From: a cyanobacterium endosymbiont of Epithemia clementina EcSB
GTDB lineage: Bacteria; Cyanobacteriota; Cyanobacteriia; Cyanobacteriales; Microcystaceae
Reading direction: 5' to 3'
Assembly (NCBI RefSeq): GCF_029919255.1
Contig: NZ_CP123991.1
Coordinates: 2,890,434-2,922,433 of the forward strand
DNA: 32,000 nt
Part shown: in pieces, positions 23,094-32,000 of the stretch
Numbering within the stretch: the stretch's first letter is position 1
How the letters are laid out: each line of letters starts with the position of its first letter
Translations under genes and position numbers: made by a program
The notes under the pieces: model-generated
What the model was told of the DNA's origin: nothing
Seen by the model: only the letters and a program-made list of their open reading frames with translations
Databases searched by the model: none

Positions 23094-23549
23094 GAAATGA
23101 TTGATAGTTAATAGTGACCAGTTGTCAGTAATGCTGTGACTGGTCAACTTAATATATTAGACAATAAATAATTATATCTAATTTTTAATACTTGTATCAT
23201 AGATATGATACAAGTACAACTAAGTTAATTGATAATAAATGATAGAAAAAGAAAAACAGCATAATTTAAACGCTTCATCAAAGATGACGGACACATTGCT
23301 TTAATTTATATACGAAAAAAAATAAAAATATCAAGCTTATTAAGCAATAAAAAAATACTTAAATTTAATCTCAAAAAAATTAAATGCCTAGACAAAATAT
23401 GTCCAGAAGCCAAAGATAAAATTTAGAGTTCTATTCAGAAAAACTGCCATGCCAAGCCAAGCTTATAAATGATCATTTGAAAAAAGTATTATCAATAGAA
23501 TATTATTATGGACGGCGCAATAGTAAAGAGAAAAAAATCTGAAATCTTA

Positions 23550-23745
23550 TTTATTAGAACTTTCTTGTCTTTTAATCACAGCAATTTTATCGATTACGAA
23601 TCATTTCCATGTCTGAGCTTTTTATATCTGTAATTATTGACCTAGATTTTTAAACATCATTTCCATTTCTTCTTTACTCAATTAATTTCTTGTTACTACA
23701 TATTTCCAGGATATGTTCTTTTCTTGTTTAAAAAACTTAACCTTT
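23550..23745 (-). mobile_element. ISL3-like transposase remnant, central part
   Basis: Reverse translation LSKEEMEMMFKNLGQ*LQI*K...VIDKIAVIKRQESSN, matching the ISL3-type 'EEIxxMLxxLGxxL...IDEIAxxKGQ' region; DNA resembles 15535..15700. Confidence 0.72.
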
Positions 23746-24056
23746 TAAAAATTTAGAGAACCATACAAAGATTTTAGAAAAGTTTTCTAATCAAAAAAGA
23801 AGTAATCAAATGGTTAATCAATTGGAACAATTAGAGAATATGCAGAAACCTTTTTTAAAACTGTCCTAATGTTTTTGTGTAGTATTACTTTTAAGTAAAA
23901 GTCAACATTTTGACTTAATTTAACTAAAATAAAAAAACTGATATAACACTTTCTATATAAAAACTATGGCTTTTTATAAACCTATAATTGACAATTAAAT
24001 CTTGTCTGTATATTTTATATTTTTATACAAAAATTTAGGTAAAGTTTGACAAAAAA

Positions 24057-24093
24057 AATTATAGAAGTTTTGTCGAGCAAAACTTCTATAATT
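24057..24093 (-). terminator. Rho-independent terminator of clpB (minus strand)
   Basis: Perfect 16-nt arms aattatagaagttttg (24057-24072) / caaaacttctataatt (24078-24093), 5-nt loop; on the minus strand followed by a run of T residues then gtcaaac. Confidence 0.85.
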
Positions 24094-24139
24094 CCAAAAA
24101 CTTAATTCTCATAAAAATTAAGTTTTTGGAATTATAGAA
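24084..24139. repeat. Perfect 24-bp inverted repeat, 8-nt loop, overlapping the terminator stem
   Basis: ttctataattccaaaaacttaatt (24084-24107), ctcataaa, aattaagtttttggaattatagaa (24116-24139). Confidence 0.95.
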
Positions 24140-24280
24140 TGCATTCTGCAGTCAGCACTAAAAGTTTTACAAGTCATCAGATACTGAATCTATCATTCTT
24201 AGTCTAGAAAAATAGATATCTATTTTAACTTCTAGCTTCTAGTTTTTATTATGTATGGTAAATATTACCCACTCTATAAG

Positions 24281-26899
24281 TTAGACTGTTGGTTTTTCAT
24301 GAGATAAGCGTTCAAACGTCAGTCGTTCATTTTCTAGATCTACAAAAATAGTATCTCCAGCTTTAAATTCTCCCCGTAAAATTGACCTGGCTATCGCAGT
24401 TTCTAAGTATTTTTGGATTGCTCGTTTTAATGGTCTGGCACCATACACTGGATCATAGCCTATTTCTCCCAGGAAATCTAAAGCTAATTCCGATAGTTTT
24501 AGGTCAATTTTTTGCTCAGCTAATCGTGTTTTTAATAACTGAATCTGCACATCAACAATTTTTTGTAATTGACACTTTTGTAATCCGTGGAAGATAATAA
24601 TTTCATCGATACGATTAAGAAATTCAGGACGAAAACTATGACGCATTGCATCCATCACACGGGAACGCATTTCTTCATAAAGAGAATCATCTCCAGCCAC
24701 ATCTAAAATGTATTGCGATCCAATATTACTAGTCATGATAATAATGGTATTTTTGAAATCTACCACATGACCTTGAGCGTCAGTTAATCGCCCGTCATCG
24801 AGAATCTGTAACATGACATTAAAAACATCATTATGGGCTTTCTCGATTTCATCAAAAAGAATTACAGAGTAAGGACGACGGCGAATGGCTTCAGTTAATT
24901 GTCCCCCTTCATCATAGCCAACATACCCCGGAGGCGCACCCATTAAACGGGATACTGTATGTTTCTCCATATATTCAGACATATCGATACGAACTAAGGC
25001 GTCTTCCGTATCAAAAAGATTCTCGGCTAATGCCTTGGCTAATTCCGTTTTACCGACCCCTGTAGGACCGAGAAAAATAAAACTTGCAGTAGGGCGGCTA
25101 GGATCAGAAAGTCCAGCGCGAGAACGTTGAATAGCTTCTGAAACAGCCGTTACAGCCTCTTCTTGTCCAATCAATCGTTTATGAATTTCATCTTCTAAAT
25201 AAAGTAGTTTCTCTTTTTCTGATTCCACTAACTTACTAATAGGAATTCCTGTCCATTTAGAAATAATCTCAGCAATATCTGATTCTAAAACTTCTTCCCG
25301 TAATAAATTTTTTCCAGTAGTTTGACGTTCTGCAATTTTTATTTCAAGTTCTTTAACCTGTTGTTGTAAATCTGTTAGTTTTCCATATCGCAGTTCTGCT
25401 GCCTTATTTAGGTCATAATTTCGCTCAGCTTGTTGAATTTCTAAGTTGATTTGGTCGATAGTTTCTTTTATTTTACTAATTTCATCAATAGCTTCTTTTT
25501 CTAATTGCCATTGAGCATTAAGTTGGGATTGTTCTTTTTTTAGATCTGCAAGTTCTTTTTCAATTTTTTCTAATCTTTCTAGAGAAACAATATCTACTTC
25601 TTTTTGTAAGGATAATCGTTCCATTTCTAACTGAATAACTTTGCGATCCACTTCATCTAATTCTTCGGGTTTAGAAGTGATTTCCATCTTTAATTTAGCA
25701 GCTGACTCATCTACTAAGTCAATAGCTTTATCTGGTAAAAAACGATCACTAATATAACGGTTAGATAACATGGCTGCGGCAACTAAAGCAGTATCAGCAA
25801 TTTTTACCCCGTGGTGAACTTCATAACGTTCTTTAAGTCCCCGTAAAATAGAGATAGTATCGACTACATTTGGCTCATTAACTATGACCTCTTGAAAACG
25901 CCGTTCTAAAGCAGCATCTTTTTCGATATATTTACGATATTCATCGAGGGTTGTTGCCCCAATGCAGAGCAATTCTCCCCGTGCTAACTTGGGTTTTAAG
26001 AGATTTCCTGCATCCATAGCCCCTTGGGTTGCCCCTGCTCCAACGACGGTGTGAATTTCGTCAATGAACATGACAATTTCCCCTTGGGAATCTGTAACTT
26101 CTTTGAGAACTGCTTTAAGACGTTCTTCAAATTCTCCACGATATTTTGCCCCGGCAATTAATGCTCCCATGTCCAAGGCAATTAATTTTCGATCTCGCAA
26201 AGATTCAGGGACATCACGGTTAATAATTCGTTGAGCTAATCCTTCAACGATAGCAGTTTTGCCAACTCCAGGTTCCCCAATTAATACAGGGTTATTTTTA
26301 GTTCTACGAGAAAGAATTTGAATGGTTCGACGGATTTCATCATCCCGTCCAATAACAGGGTCAAGTTTACCTTCTCGCGCTAATTGAGTTAAATCTCGAC
26401 CATATTTTTCTAACGATTCATATGTCTCTTCAGGGTTTTGACTAGTCACTTTTTGATTTCCTCTAACTTGTTGAATAATCTCTTTTAATCGAGTTTCATT
26501 GAGACCAAATTCCTTTAGTAAAACCTGACCAAAACGGTCATCTTTAGCATAAGCCAACAGCAAATGCTCAACAGAAATATAATCATCTCCAAAATCTTTA
26601 CGAAATTGTTCAGCTCTGTCAAGAAGACTATCCAGATTCCGTCCTAAGTAAATAGACTGGCCAAGGTTAGACACTTTGGGTTGACGACGGATAAATTCTT
26701 CGGTTTTGTCTCGCAGACGTTGAATACTAATATCCGCTTTATTAAAGACGCTGGTAGCTAACCCTTCTAGTTCGAGAAGAGATGCCATCAGGTGTTCGCT
26801 TTCAATTTGTTGATGACTATGTTGTTTAGCAATATCGGGAGTTCGGACAATAGCCTCCCATGCCTTTTCGGTAAATTGATTAGGATTGGTCGGTTGCAT
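24281..26899 (-). CDS. clpB: ATP-dependent disaggregase chaperone ClpB
   Basis: 872 aa; two AAA+ modules ([18 protein letters not shown]; [21 protein letters not shown]) plus the ClpB middle coiled coil. Confidence 0.97.
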   Translation of the reverse strand: MQPTNPNQFTEKAWEAIVRTPDIAKQHSHQQIESEHLMASLLELEGLATSVFNKADISIQRLRDKTEEFIRRQPKVSNLGQSIYLGRNLDSLLDRAEQFRKDFGDDYISVEHLLLAYAKDDRFGQVLLKEFGLNETRLKEIIQQVRGNQKVTSQNPEETYESLEKYGRDLTQLAREGKLDPVIGRDDEIRRTIQILSRRTKNNPVLIGEPGVGKTAIVEGLAQRIINRDVPESLRDRKLIALDMGALIAGAKYRGEFEERLKAVLKEVTDSQGEIVMFIDEIHTVVGAGATQGAMDAGNLLKPKLARGELLCIGATTLDEYRKYIEKDAALERRFQEVIVNEPNVVDTISILRGLKERYEVHHGVKIADTALVAAAMLSNRYISDRFLPDKAIDLVDESAAKLKMEITSKPEELDEVDRKVIQLEMERLSLQKEVDIVSLERLEKIEKELADLKKEQSQLNAQWQLEKEAIDEISKIKETIDQINLEIQQAERNYDLNKAAELRYGKLTDLQQQVKELEIKIAERQTTGKNLLREEVLESDIAEIISKWTGIPISKLVESEKEKLLYLEDEIHKRLIGQEEAVTAVSEAIQRSRAGLSDPSRPTASFIFLGPTGVGKTELAKALAENLFDTEDALVRIDMSEYMEKHTVSRLMGAPPGYVGYDEGGQLTEAIRRRPYSVILFDEIEKAHNDVFNVMLQILDDGRLTDAQGHVVDFKNTIIIMTSNIGSQYILDVAGDDSLYEEMRSRVMDAMRHSFRPEFLNRIDEIIIFHGLQKCQLQKIVDVQIQLLKTRLAEQKIDLKLSELALDFLGEIGYDPVYGARPLKRAIQKYLETAIARSILRGEFKAGDTIFVDLENERLTFERLSHEKPTV

Positions 26900-28122
26900 T
26901 ATTCACGAGTAAGTATAGTACAGTAAGGTCATATAAAATATTGTAAGTGCGATCAATTTTTAGGTTAAGACGGTTAACCCTACTATTTGTGGGTGTGTAT
27001 GAGCGATATTAAAAGAGTAATTTATCAAAAAAATTGACGTTTAAACAGCTGAAGTAATTAGTTTATTTTTCGAGATGGTATGTTCACACATTTTAAATAT
27101 AAAATATAAAACTCTTCTTCTTAAAGATAGAAATTAGTTATTTTATATCTAAAATATGTTATTTGTCTTAGACAAGACAACTCCATCTAGTTATTAAAAA
27201 TAACTAATATAACAGGAAGAAAAAAATACCTAAAAAAACATAAAAAAGTTAGTCTTTTCTTGAAGTTTTTGCATAAATACTTTGAATAGATTTATGCAAA
27301 AAATCTGAAATTCCAAAAAAAACTTATCTGTGTAACTAAATTATTGAATTAATTACTACTCAAAAAAACTAAGCTAAAAATGCAAAAATATTAAAATTAC
27401 TGGTTATGGACAAAGAGAAAATATCAAATCTAAATAAGAGTAGATATATTGGTTTATTCTAAATTAGTTTTTAAATAAAAAGCTTAAATTCTTACCTTGC
27501 AAAGTCTCTAATATTCAATACAAAAATACAAATTAAGTTTGTGAAGTTAAAGGAGGCATTGATAACAAGAGTTTTAGGAGTCATCAACTATTAATTTCTC
27601 GTACTTATTCTAAAAAAGCTATTTATTTTACTTAGAGACAAAAAAGATTTACATGAAGAGTAAAACCTAAATTAAACCAAGTGTATAGAATATCGTCAGT
27701 TTTATCAAAAATTTACTAAGTAAGAAACAATTTTAGAAGAATTTTGATAAAAAACTAAATTGGATATTGGTATTATTAAACTGAGCTAGTTAGTATTAAA
27801 AATATTATTTATTGTACCTAAATGTGGAATAATCAGGTATTGAATTGGAAAAACTTTTTCCCATTCTAATCAAAGAAAATTTCAATAAATAGTAAAAAAT
27901 ATTAATAATAAATTAAAGCTCATGAAGAGGAGAGCTTATGAGTTAATAAATATTGTGAGTTTTTAACCCCTAAGTTTTAAATTTAGTGTTTAACTAGTTG
28001 ACTCTATATCCTAAATCAGGTACGACTATTAATTTCAAATTAATTATTATTTATTTTTGTATTTTTTTTGTAGTTATTAAGTTTTTGTCAGTTTTTTAAA
28101 TTATTAGACTCATTTTAATCAA

Positions 28123-28329
28123 TTAACGGCTAAATTTTTGAGCTTGAGCAACCAGTCCGGCACTAACATAACGTCCGTAACTATCGAGACGATCTTGTTG
28201 AGCAGCACGAAAAGGAGATAGAAAAGTATCAACTAAGCCAGAACTCATCATCATGACAGTAGCCGCAAGAATGATATAGTTACGAATGACGATGACGTTT
28301 TCGTTAACAGTAGTTGTTTTGGTAAACAT
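28123..28329 (-). CDS. Small hypothetical protein (68 aa), one predicted hydrophobic segment
   Basis: MFTKTTTVNENVIVIRNYIILAATVMMMSSGLVDTFLSPFRAAQQDRLDSYGRYVSAGLVAQAQKFSR; consensus-like Shine-Dalgarno (caaaggagaaaccaccaagATG). Confidence 0.7.
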   Translation of the reverse strand: MFTKTTTVNENVIVIRNYIILAATVMMMSSGLVDTFLSPFRAAQQDRLDSYGRYVSAGLVAQAQKFSR

Positions 28330-28594
28330 CTTGGTGGTTTCTCCTTTGTGTCGACGCCTTTACTATATAGGAAACAAATTGGTGATGTCAGTCCCAAAAC
28401 CCTGTATATTGGGGATTGTAGTCGTTCTATTTTTCTCCTTAGAAGTGGAATTAAGTGGAAATTTTTCTATTCTCAATATAATTACTCTACCTACATAAAG
28501 GGTTTTAGAAGTCTCCTATTGACAAAGAGTGTTGAAGATGAAGGTATTGCTGTCATCGGAGCAGGTTGTACTACTATACTGATTTAATATTAAG

Positions 28595-29233
28595 ATGACT
28601 ATGAAATCATTGTTCATTGTATTAGAAGGAATTGACAGGGCAGGGAAGTCAACTCAAGCAGAATTATTAAAAAATTATTTTCTTACTCACCAGCAGCAAG
28701 CTGTTATTAGCTCTGAACCTACTGATGGGCCAATTGGTAGATTAATTCGTGAAGCTATGCAAAGTAAAATTATTGCGATTAAACAGAAAGAAAGCTTTGA
28801 TGAACAAATGGCTTATTTATTTACAGCAGATAGATATTATCATTTATTTAATGACATAAATGGAGTTTATAAATTAATTAATGAAAACCATACTCATGTC
28901 ATAGCAACCCGTTATTATTTTTCATCTTTAGCTTATAATTGCAATACCAAAGATGAGTTTAGTTTTGTAGCGAAACTAAACCAAAGATTTCCTGATCCTG
29001 ATGTAGTTTTTTACATCAATATTTCCTTAAAAATCGCTTTATCTAGACTTAACAATCATTCTATGAGAGAAATATATGAGACAGAAAAAAAGCTCAGAAA
29101 GGTCAGACATAACTACGAAAATATTTTTAAAACTTATGAAGGAAAAATATTTAAATTAGATGGAAGTAAATCCATAGAAGAAATACATAAGAAAATTTTA
29201 ACTTATCTTAAAGAAACTTTTAGTAGTTTTTAA
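28595..29233 (+). CDS. tmk: Thymidylate (dTMP) kinase, DRAGKS P-loop type
   Basis: MTMKSLFIVLEGIDRAGKSTQAELLKNYFL...ISSEPTDGPIGRLIREAM...; RYYFSSLAYN corresponds to the DRYxxSxxAY region. Confidence 0.85.
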   Translation: MTMKSLFIVLEGIDRAGKSTQAELLKNYFLTHQQQAVISSEPTDGPIGRLIREAMQSKIIAIKQKESFDEQMAYLFTADRYYHLFNDINGVYKLINENHTHVIATRYYFSSLAYNCNTKDEFSFVAKLNQRFPDPDVVFYINISLKIALSRLNNHSMREIYETEKKLRKVRHNYENIFKTYEGKIFKLDGSKSIEEIHKKILTYLKETFSSF

Positions 29234-29282
29234 CCTAAAAATTTATATCTATCTGAATATTATAGAATTAACTGGTAAAGCG

Positions 29283-30215
29283 CCAAACTAAAACACTTTG
29301 AAGTTTAAAATTCTAAAATTCTCTAAATCCATAATCTCTTCTTTTAGAAAACTTCAATTTATTATGAATACCTTCTACTTTTTGATAAAAAAAATGATAT
29401 TTTATCCAATTTGATACCTAACTATCCACTATTTTTGAGCTATAATTAATAAGTTTTAAGAGCTATAAAGTTAGTTCTAATAAACCTAACACTTACTTTT
29501 TTTTGAAAAAAAAGTCGTTATAAATTACTATTTATGTTCGTTTACATATTAAATATTTGCAATATTTAATTCAATTATTTTGACTTAACTTTTTGTTATT
29601 TTTCTTAATTTTCTTTTTTACCACTATTTTAAAGCTCTTCAAATTTTCTATATAATGGTTTTTCCTTGATCGACTAATTGAGCATTGACTTGTTTAATCA
29701 CATGTAATATATTTACTACTACTTCAGCTTGTGACATTAATTGATTTCTAATCTATTTAGAGAAAAAAATTTTCTCAGATATATACTTATATTTTTGATT
29801 TTAGTAAAAACATATTTCCCAAAAACTCTTAGAGATTTTACAATTTATCTCTCCTAATTCTTTTATTTCTATGATTATTAAGCTCACTTCTTTATTTGAG
29901 TTTAATGACGCAACAGAATAGTTTTTTTTGAAAGTAATAATTATCTCAATTTACACTGTTTTTATATCTATTTTTTAAAAGCTACAATTCTTTCTCTTAA
30001 TTTTTCAAAATTGTCTTTATTTATTGTTTACTAACTTCACTTTTTATATTTATATTTTTAATGTTCCTATTTAAGACTTCTTCAATGATTATTGTTTTAA
30101 CCATTTTATTATCTATCTGTAAAACAATAGTTAAAATTTTCTGTAAATTTATTTACATATTGATTGCATCTAATTTAAGAACGATCTATTTCAAGAGAAA
30201 CAAATTTTCTACAGA
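29283..30215 (-). mobile_element. ISL3-like transposase remnant, near full length but heavily degraded
   Basis: Reverse translation pieces in order: LEIDRS*IRCNQYVNKFTENFN, KMVKTIIIEEVLNRN, NQLMSQAEVVVNILHVIKQVNAQLVDQGKTI, VEGIHNKLKFSKRRDYGFREF*NFKLQSVLVW. All follow an ISL3 transposase order. Confidence 0.88.
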
Positions 30216-30522
30216 AGACAATTTTATAGTTATTAATTAATTATTTAGGCAAAATTTCTTGCTAGTTAAACTCCAATAAATATAAGTTGCTATTGAGTCT
30301 ATTTCTTCAACTAAGTTGCGTATTTAATACTATAGGTATAAGTAAAATTAGAATATTGGGCTTAATATAATTTAACTTAAATATAAAGCTTGTTAGAATA
30401 TTAGCTGTATAATAATTACATCTTTTTATAATGCGATTGTTGGTAATAAAACTTTGTCTTCGTGTTATAAGTTTTCATATGGCAAGTTTGTTAAAAGCAA
30501 ATTAATTATGAGTAATTAATTC

Positions 30523-32000
30523 ATGAGAATAACTCAATCAAAATATAAAGTTGAATATATTCCTCATTATCAACCCAATCAACTGATCTGTGGTTATGGA
30601 CAGACTGCTATCATTACTGGATGGACACTTCGACAGTCAGTAGCTAAACATTTAAACCCAGAAGATTATGCAGTTATTGGTAATTTGTATAGTCCTACTA
30701 GGGGAATTAGTCCTTTAATTCGTAATTTATTAGCTAACCCTCATGTTCGGTATTTAGTTATTTTGCAGGCAACAAAAGAAGATAAAAATGCGGGAGGATG
30801 TCAATGTTTGTTGGATTTTTTACAACAAGGTTTTAGACAGGGAATCAGTGATACAGGTAAAAATATATGGGTAGTGAATTCTAAGATTACTGGATATATT
30901 GACATTGAAATCCCTGCTGATATCTCAGAAAATTTACGTCAATCTTTACAGTATAAAGAAGCAAGTTCAATTGAAGAAGCAATGAATATAATCCAAGAAT
31001 TTAATCAATTTAAAATAGAACCCTGGGGTAAACCATTAACTTTTCCTGAAAGAGAAAGTTACCCAACAGTTTTACCAGGTCCTAGATATGGTCATCGAAT
31101 TGAAGGAAAAACTATTGCAGAAACTTGGGTTAAAGTTTTACATAGAATTAAAACAACAGGAACAATTAGACAAACAATTTATGGACAATGGCAAGAATTA
31201 ATTGATCTAATAGCTATTGTTACTGATGAACCACCAGAGTTTTATTTTCCTGAGCCTAATTATTTACCTATTAAAAGAAATTTTCTTAGAGATTACATTG
31301 AACAAATATTAGACGATGCGCCCCAAAAAGAAGGAGTAAAATATACATATGGACAACGGTTAAGATCATGGTTTGGACAAGACCAAATTGAACAACTAAT
31401 TAATAAATTGGTAGGAGATATTAACTCATCAAGAGCCGTCATGTCATTGTGGGATGTAAGAGATTATGAAGATAGTGATAGTCCTCCCTGTCTCAATCAT
31501 ATTTGGGTAAGAATTGTTGATAATGAATTATCCTTAACTGCTACATTTCGTAGTAATGATATGTTTTCTGCTTGGCCAGCTAATGCAATGGGATTAAGAT
31601 TTTTGCAACAATTTATCCAAGATGAAATTATCAAAAAATCAAATGATAGTCTAATTTTAGGTCCTTTAATTATTATTAGTCAAAGCGCACATATTTATAG
31701 TGACTGCTGGGAACATACACAACGAATTATTGATACAGAATATACAAAAATAAATCAAAAAAGAAATTTTGATGACCCCAGTGGCAGCTTTTTAATTTCA
31801 GTCAAAGATAATCGTATTTTTGTTGAACATATAACCCCAGGTTCAGGAGAAATTGTTAACTGTTATTCAGGTAAACTTGCTCGTCAACTATATCAAAAAA
31901 TTGCCTTAAATTCTCCTAGTATTCAAATTGAACACGCGATGTATTTAGGGACAGAATTACAAAAAGCAGAATTGTGTTTAGTTAATAAACTAAACTGTTA
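30523..32000 (+). CDS. Thymidylate synthase with MtrA-like (DUF4346-like) N-terminal domain, 3' incomplete
   Basis: Open frame from the ATG at 30523 to the window end (492 codons), absent from the supplied ORF track. N-terminal part ...YAVIGNLYSPTRGISPLIRNLLANPHVRYLVIL...; C-terminal part has ThyA residues: SPPCLNHIWVRI, FRSNDMFSAWPAN, SQSAHIYSD. Confidence 0.85.
   Translation, partial: MRITQSKYKVEYIPHYQPNQLICGYGQTAIITGWTLRQSVAKHLNPEDYAVIGNLYSPTRGISPLIRNLLANPHVRYLVILQATKEDKNAGGCQCLLDFLQQGFRQGISDTGKNIWVVNSKITGYIDIEIPADISENLRQSLQYKEASSIEEAMNIIQEFNQFKIEPWGKPLTFPERESYPTVLPGPRYGHRIEGKTIAETWVKVLHRIKTTGTIRQTIYGQWQELIDLIAIVTDEPPEFYFPEPNYLPIKRNFLRDYIEQILDDAPQKEGVKYTYGQRLRSWFGQDQIEQLINKLVGDINSSRAVMSLWDVRDYEDSDSPPCLNHIWVRIVDNELSLTATFRSNDMFSAWPANAMGLRFLQQFIQDEIIKKSNDSLILGPLIIISQSAHIYSDCWEHTQRIIDTEYTKINQKRNFDDPSGSFLISVKDNRIFVEHITPGSGEIVNCYSGKLARQLYQKIALNSPSIQIEHAMYLGTELQKAELCLVNKLNC

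Noticed and set aside
28286-28587. Two overlapping plus-strand ORFs (71 and 79 aa) before tmk
   Set aside because: They overlap the start of the 68-aa minus-strand ORF and its ribosome-binding region, and show no recognizable family.

Overview
The window looks like a chromosomal segment of a cyanobacterium in the Crocosphaera/Cyanothece-like group whose genome is being reduced. Only about 63% of the 32 kb is intact coding sequence. The rest is AT-rich intergenic DNA containing recognisable gene remains. A diatom 'spheroid body' or UCYN-A-like endosymbiont is an inference, not demonstrated. Intact genes, in order: thiL 3' end, A-type Fe-S carrier, rpsL-rpsG-fusA-tuf-rpsJ, pgsA(-), rhomboid protease(-), folB, a DUF3318-like protein, a small membrane ORF, sbcC, purF(-), purL(-), fabG, clpB(-), an unidentified 68-aa ORF(-), a dTMP kinase, and an incomplete 3'-truncated thymidylate synthase absent from the supplied ORF track. 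Reading the gaps by hand gave: (1) a decayed hslO (Hsp33) pseudogene opposite 522..986; (2) at least three deeply degraded ISL3-like transposase remnants; (3) two overlapping, mutually exclusive perfect hairpins 3' of clpB ending in a U-run; (4) a thymidylate module pairing a DRAGKS-type Tmk lacking the Asp of the DRY motif with a ThyA-like protein carrying an MtrA-like N-terminal domain; (5) a possible sRNA upstream of purL. I found no CRISPR array, tRNA, rRNA or clear new defence system.
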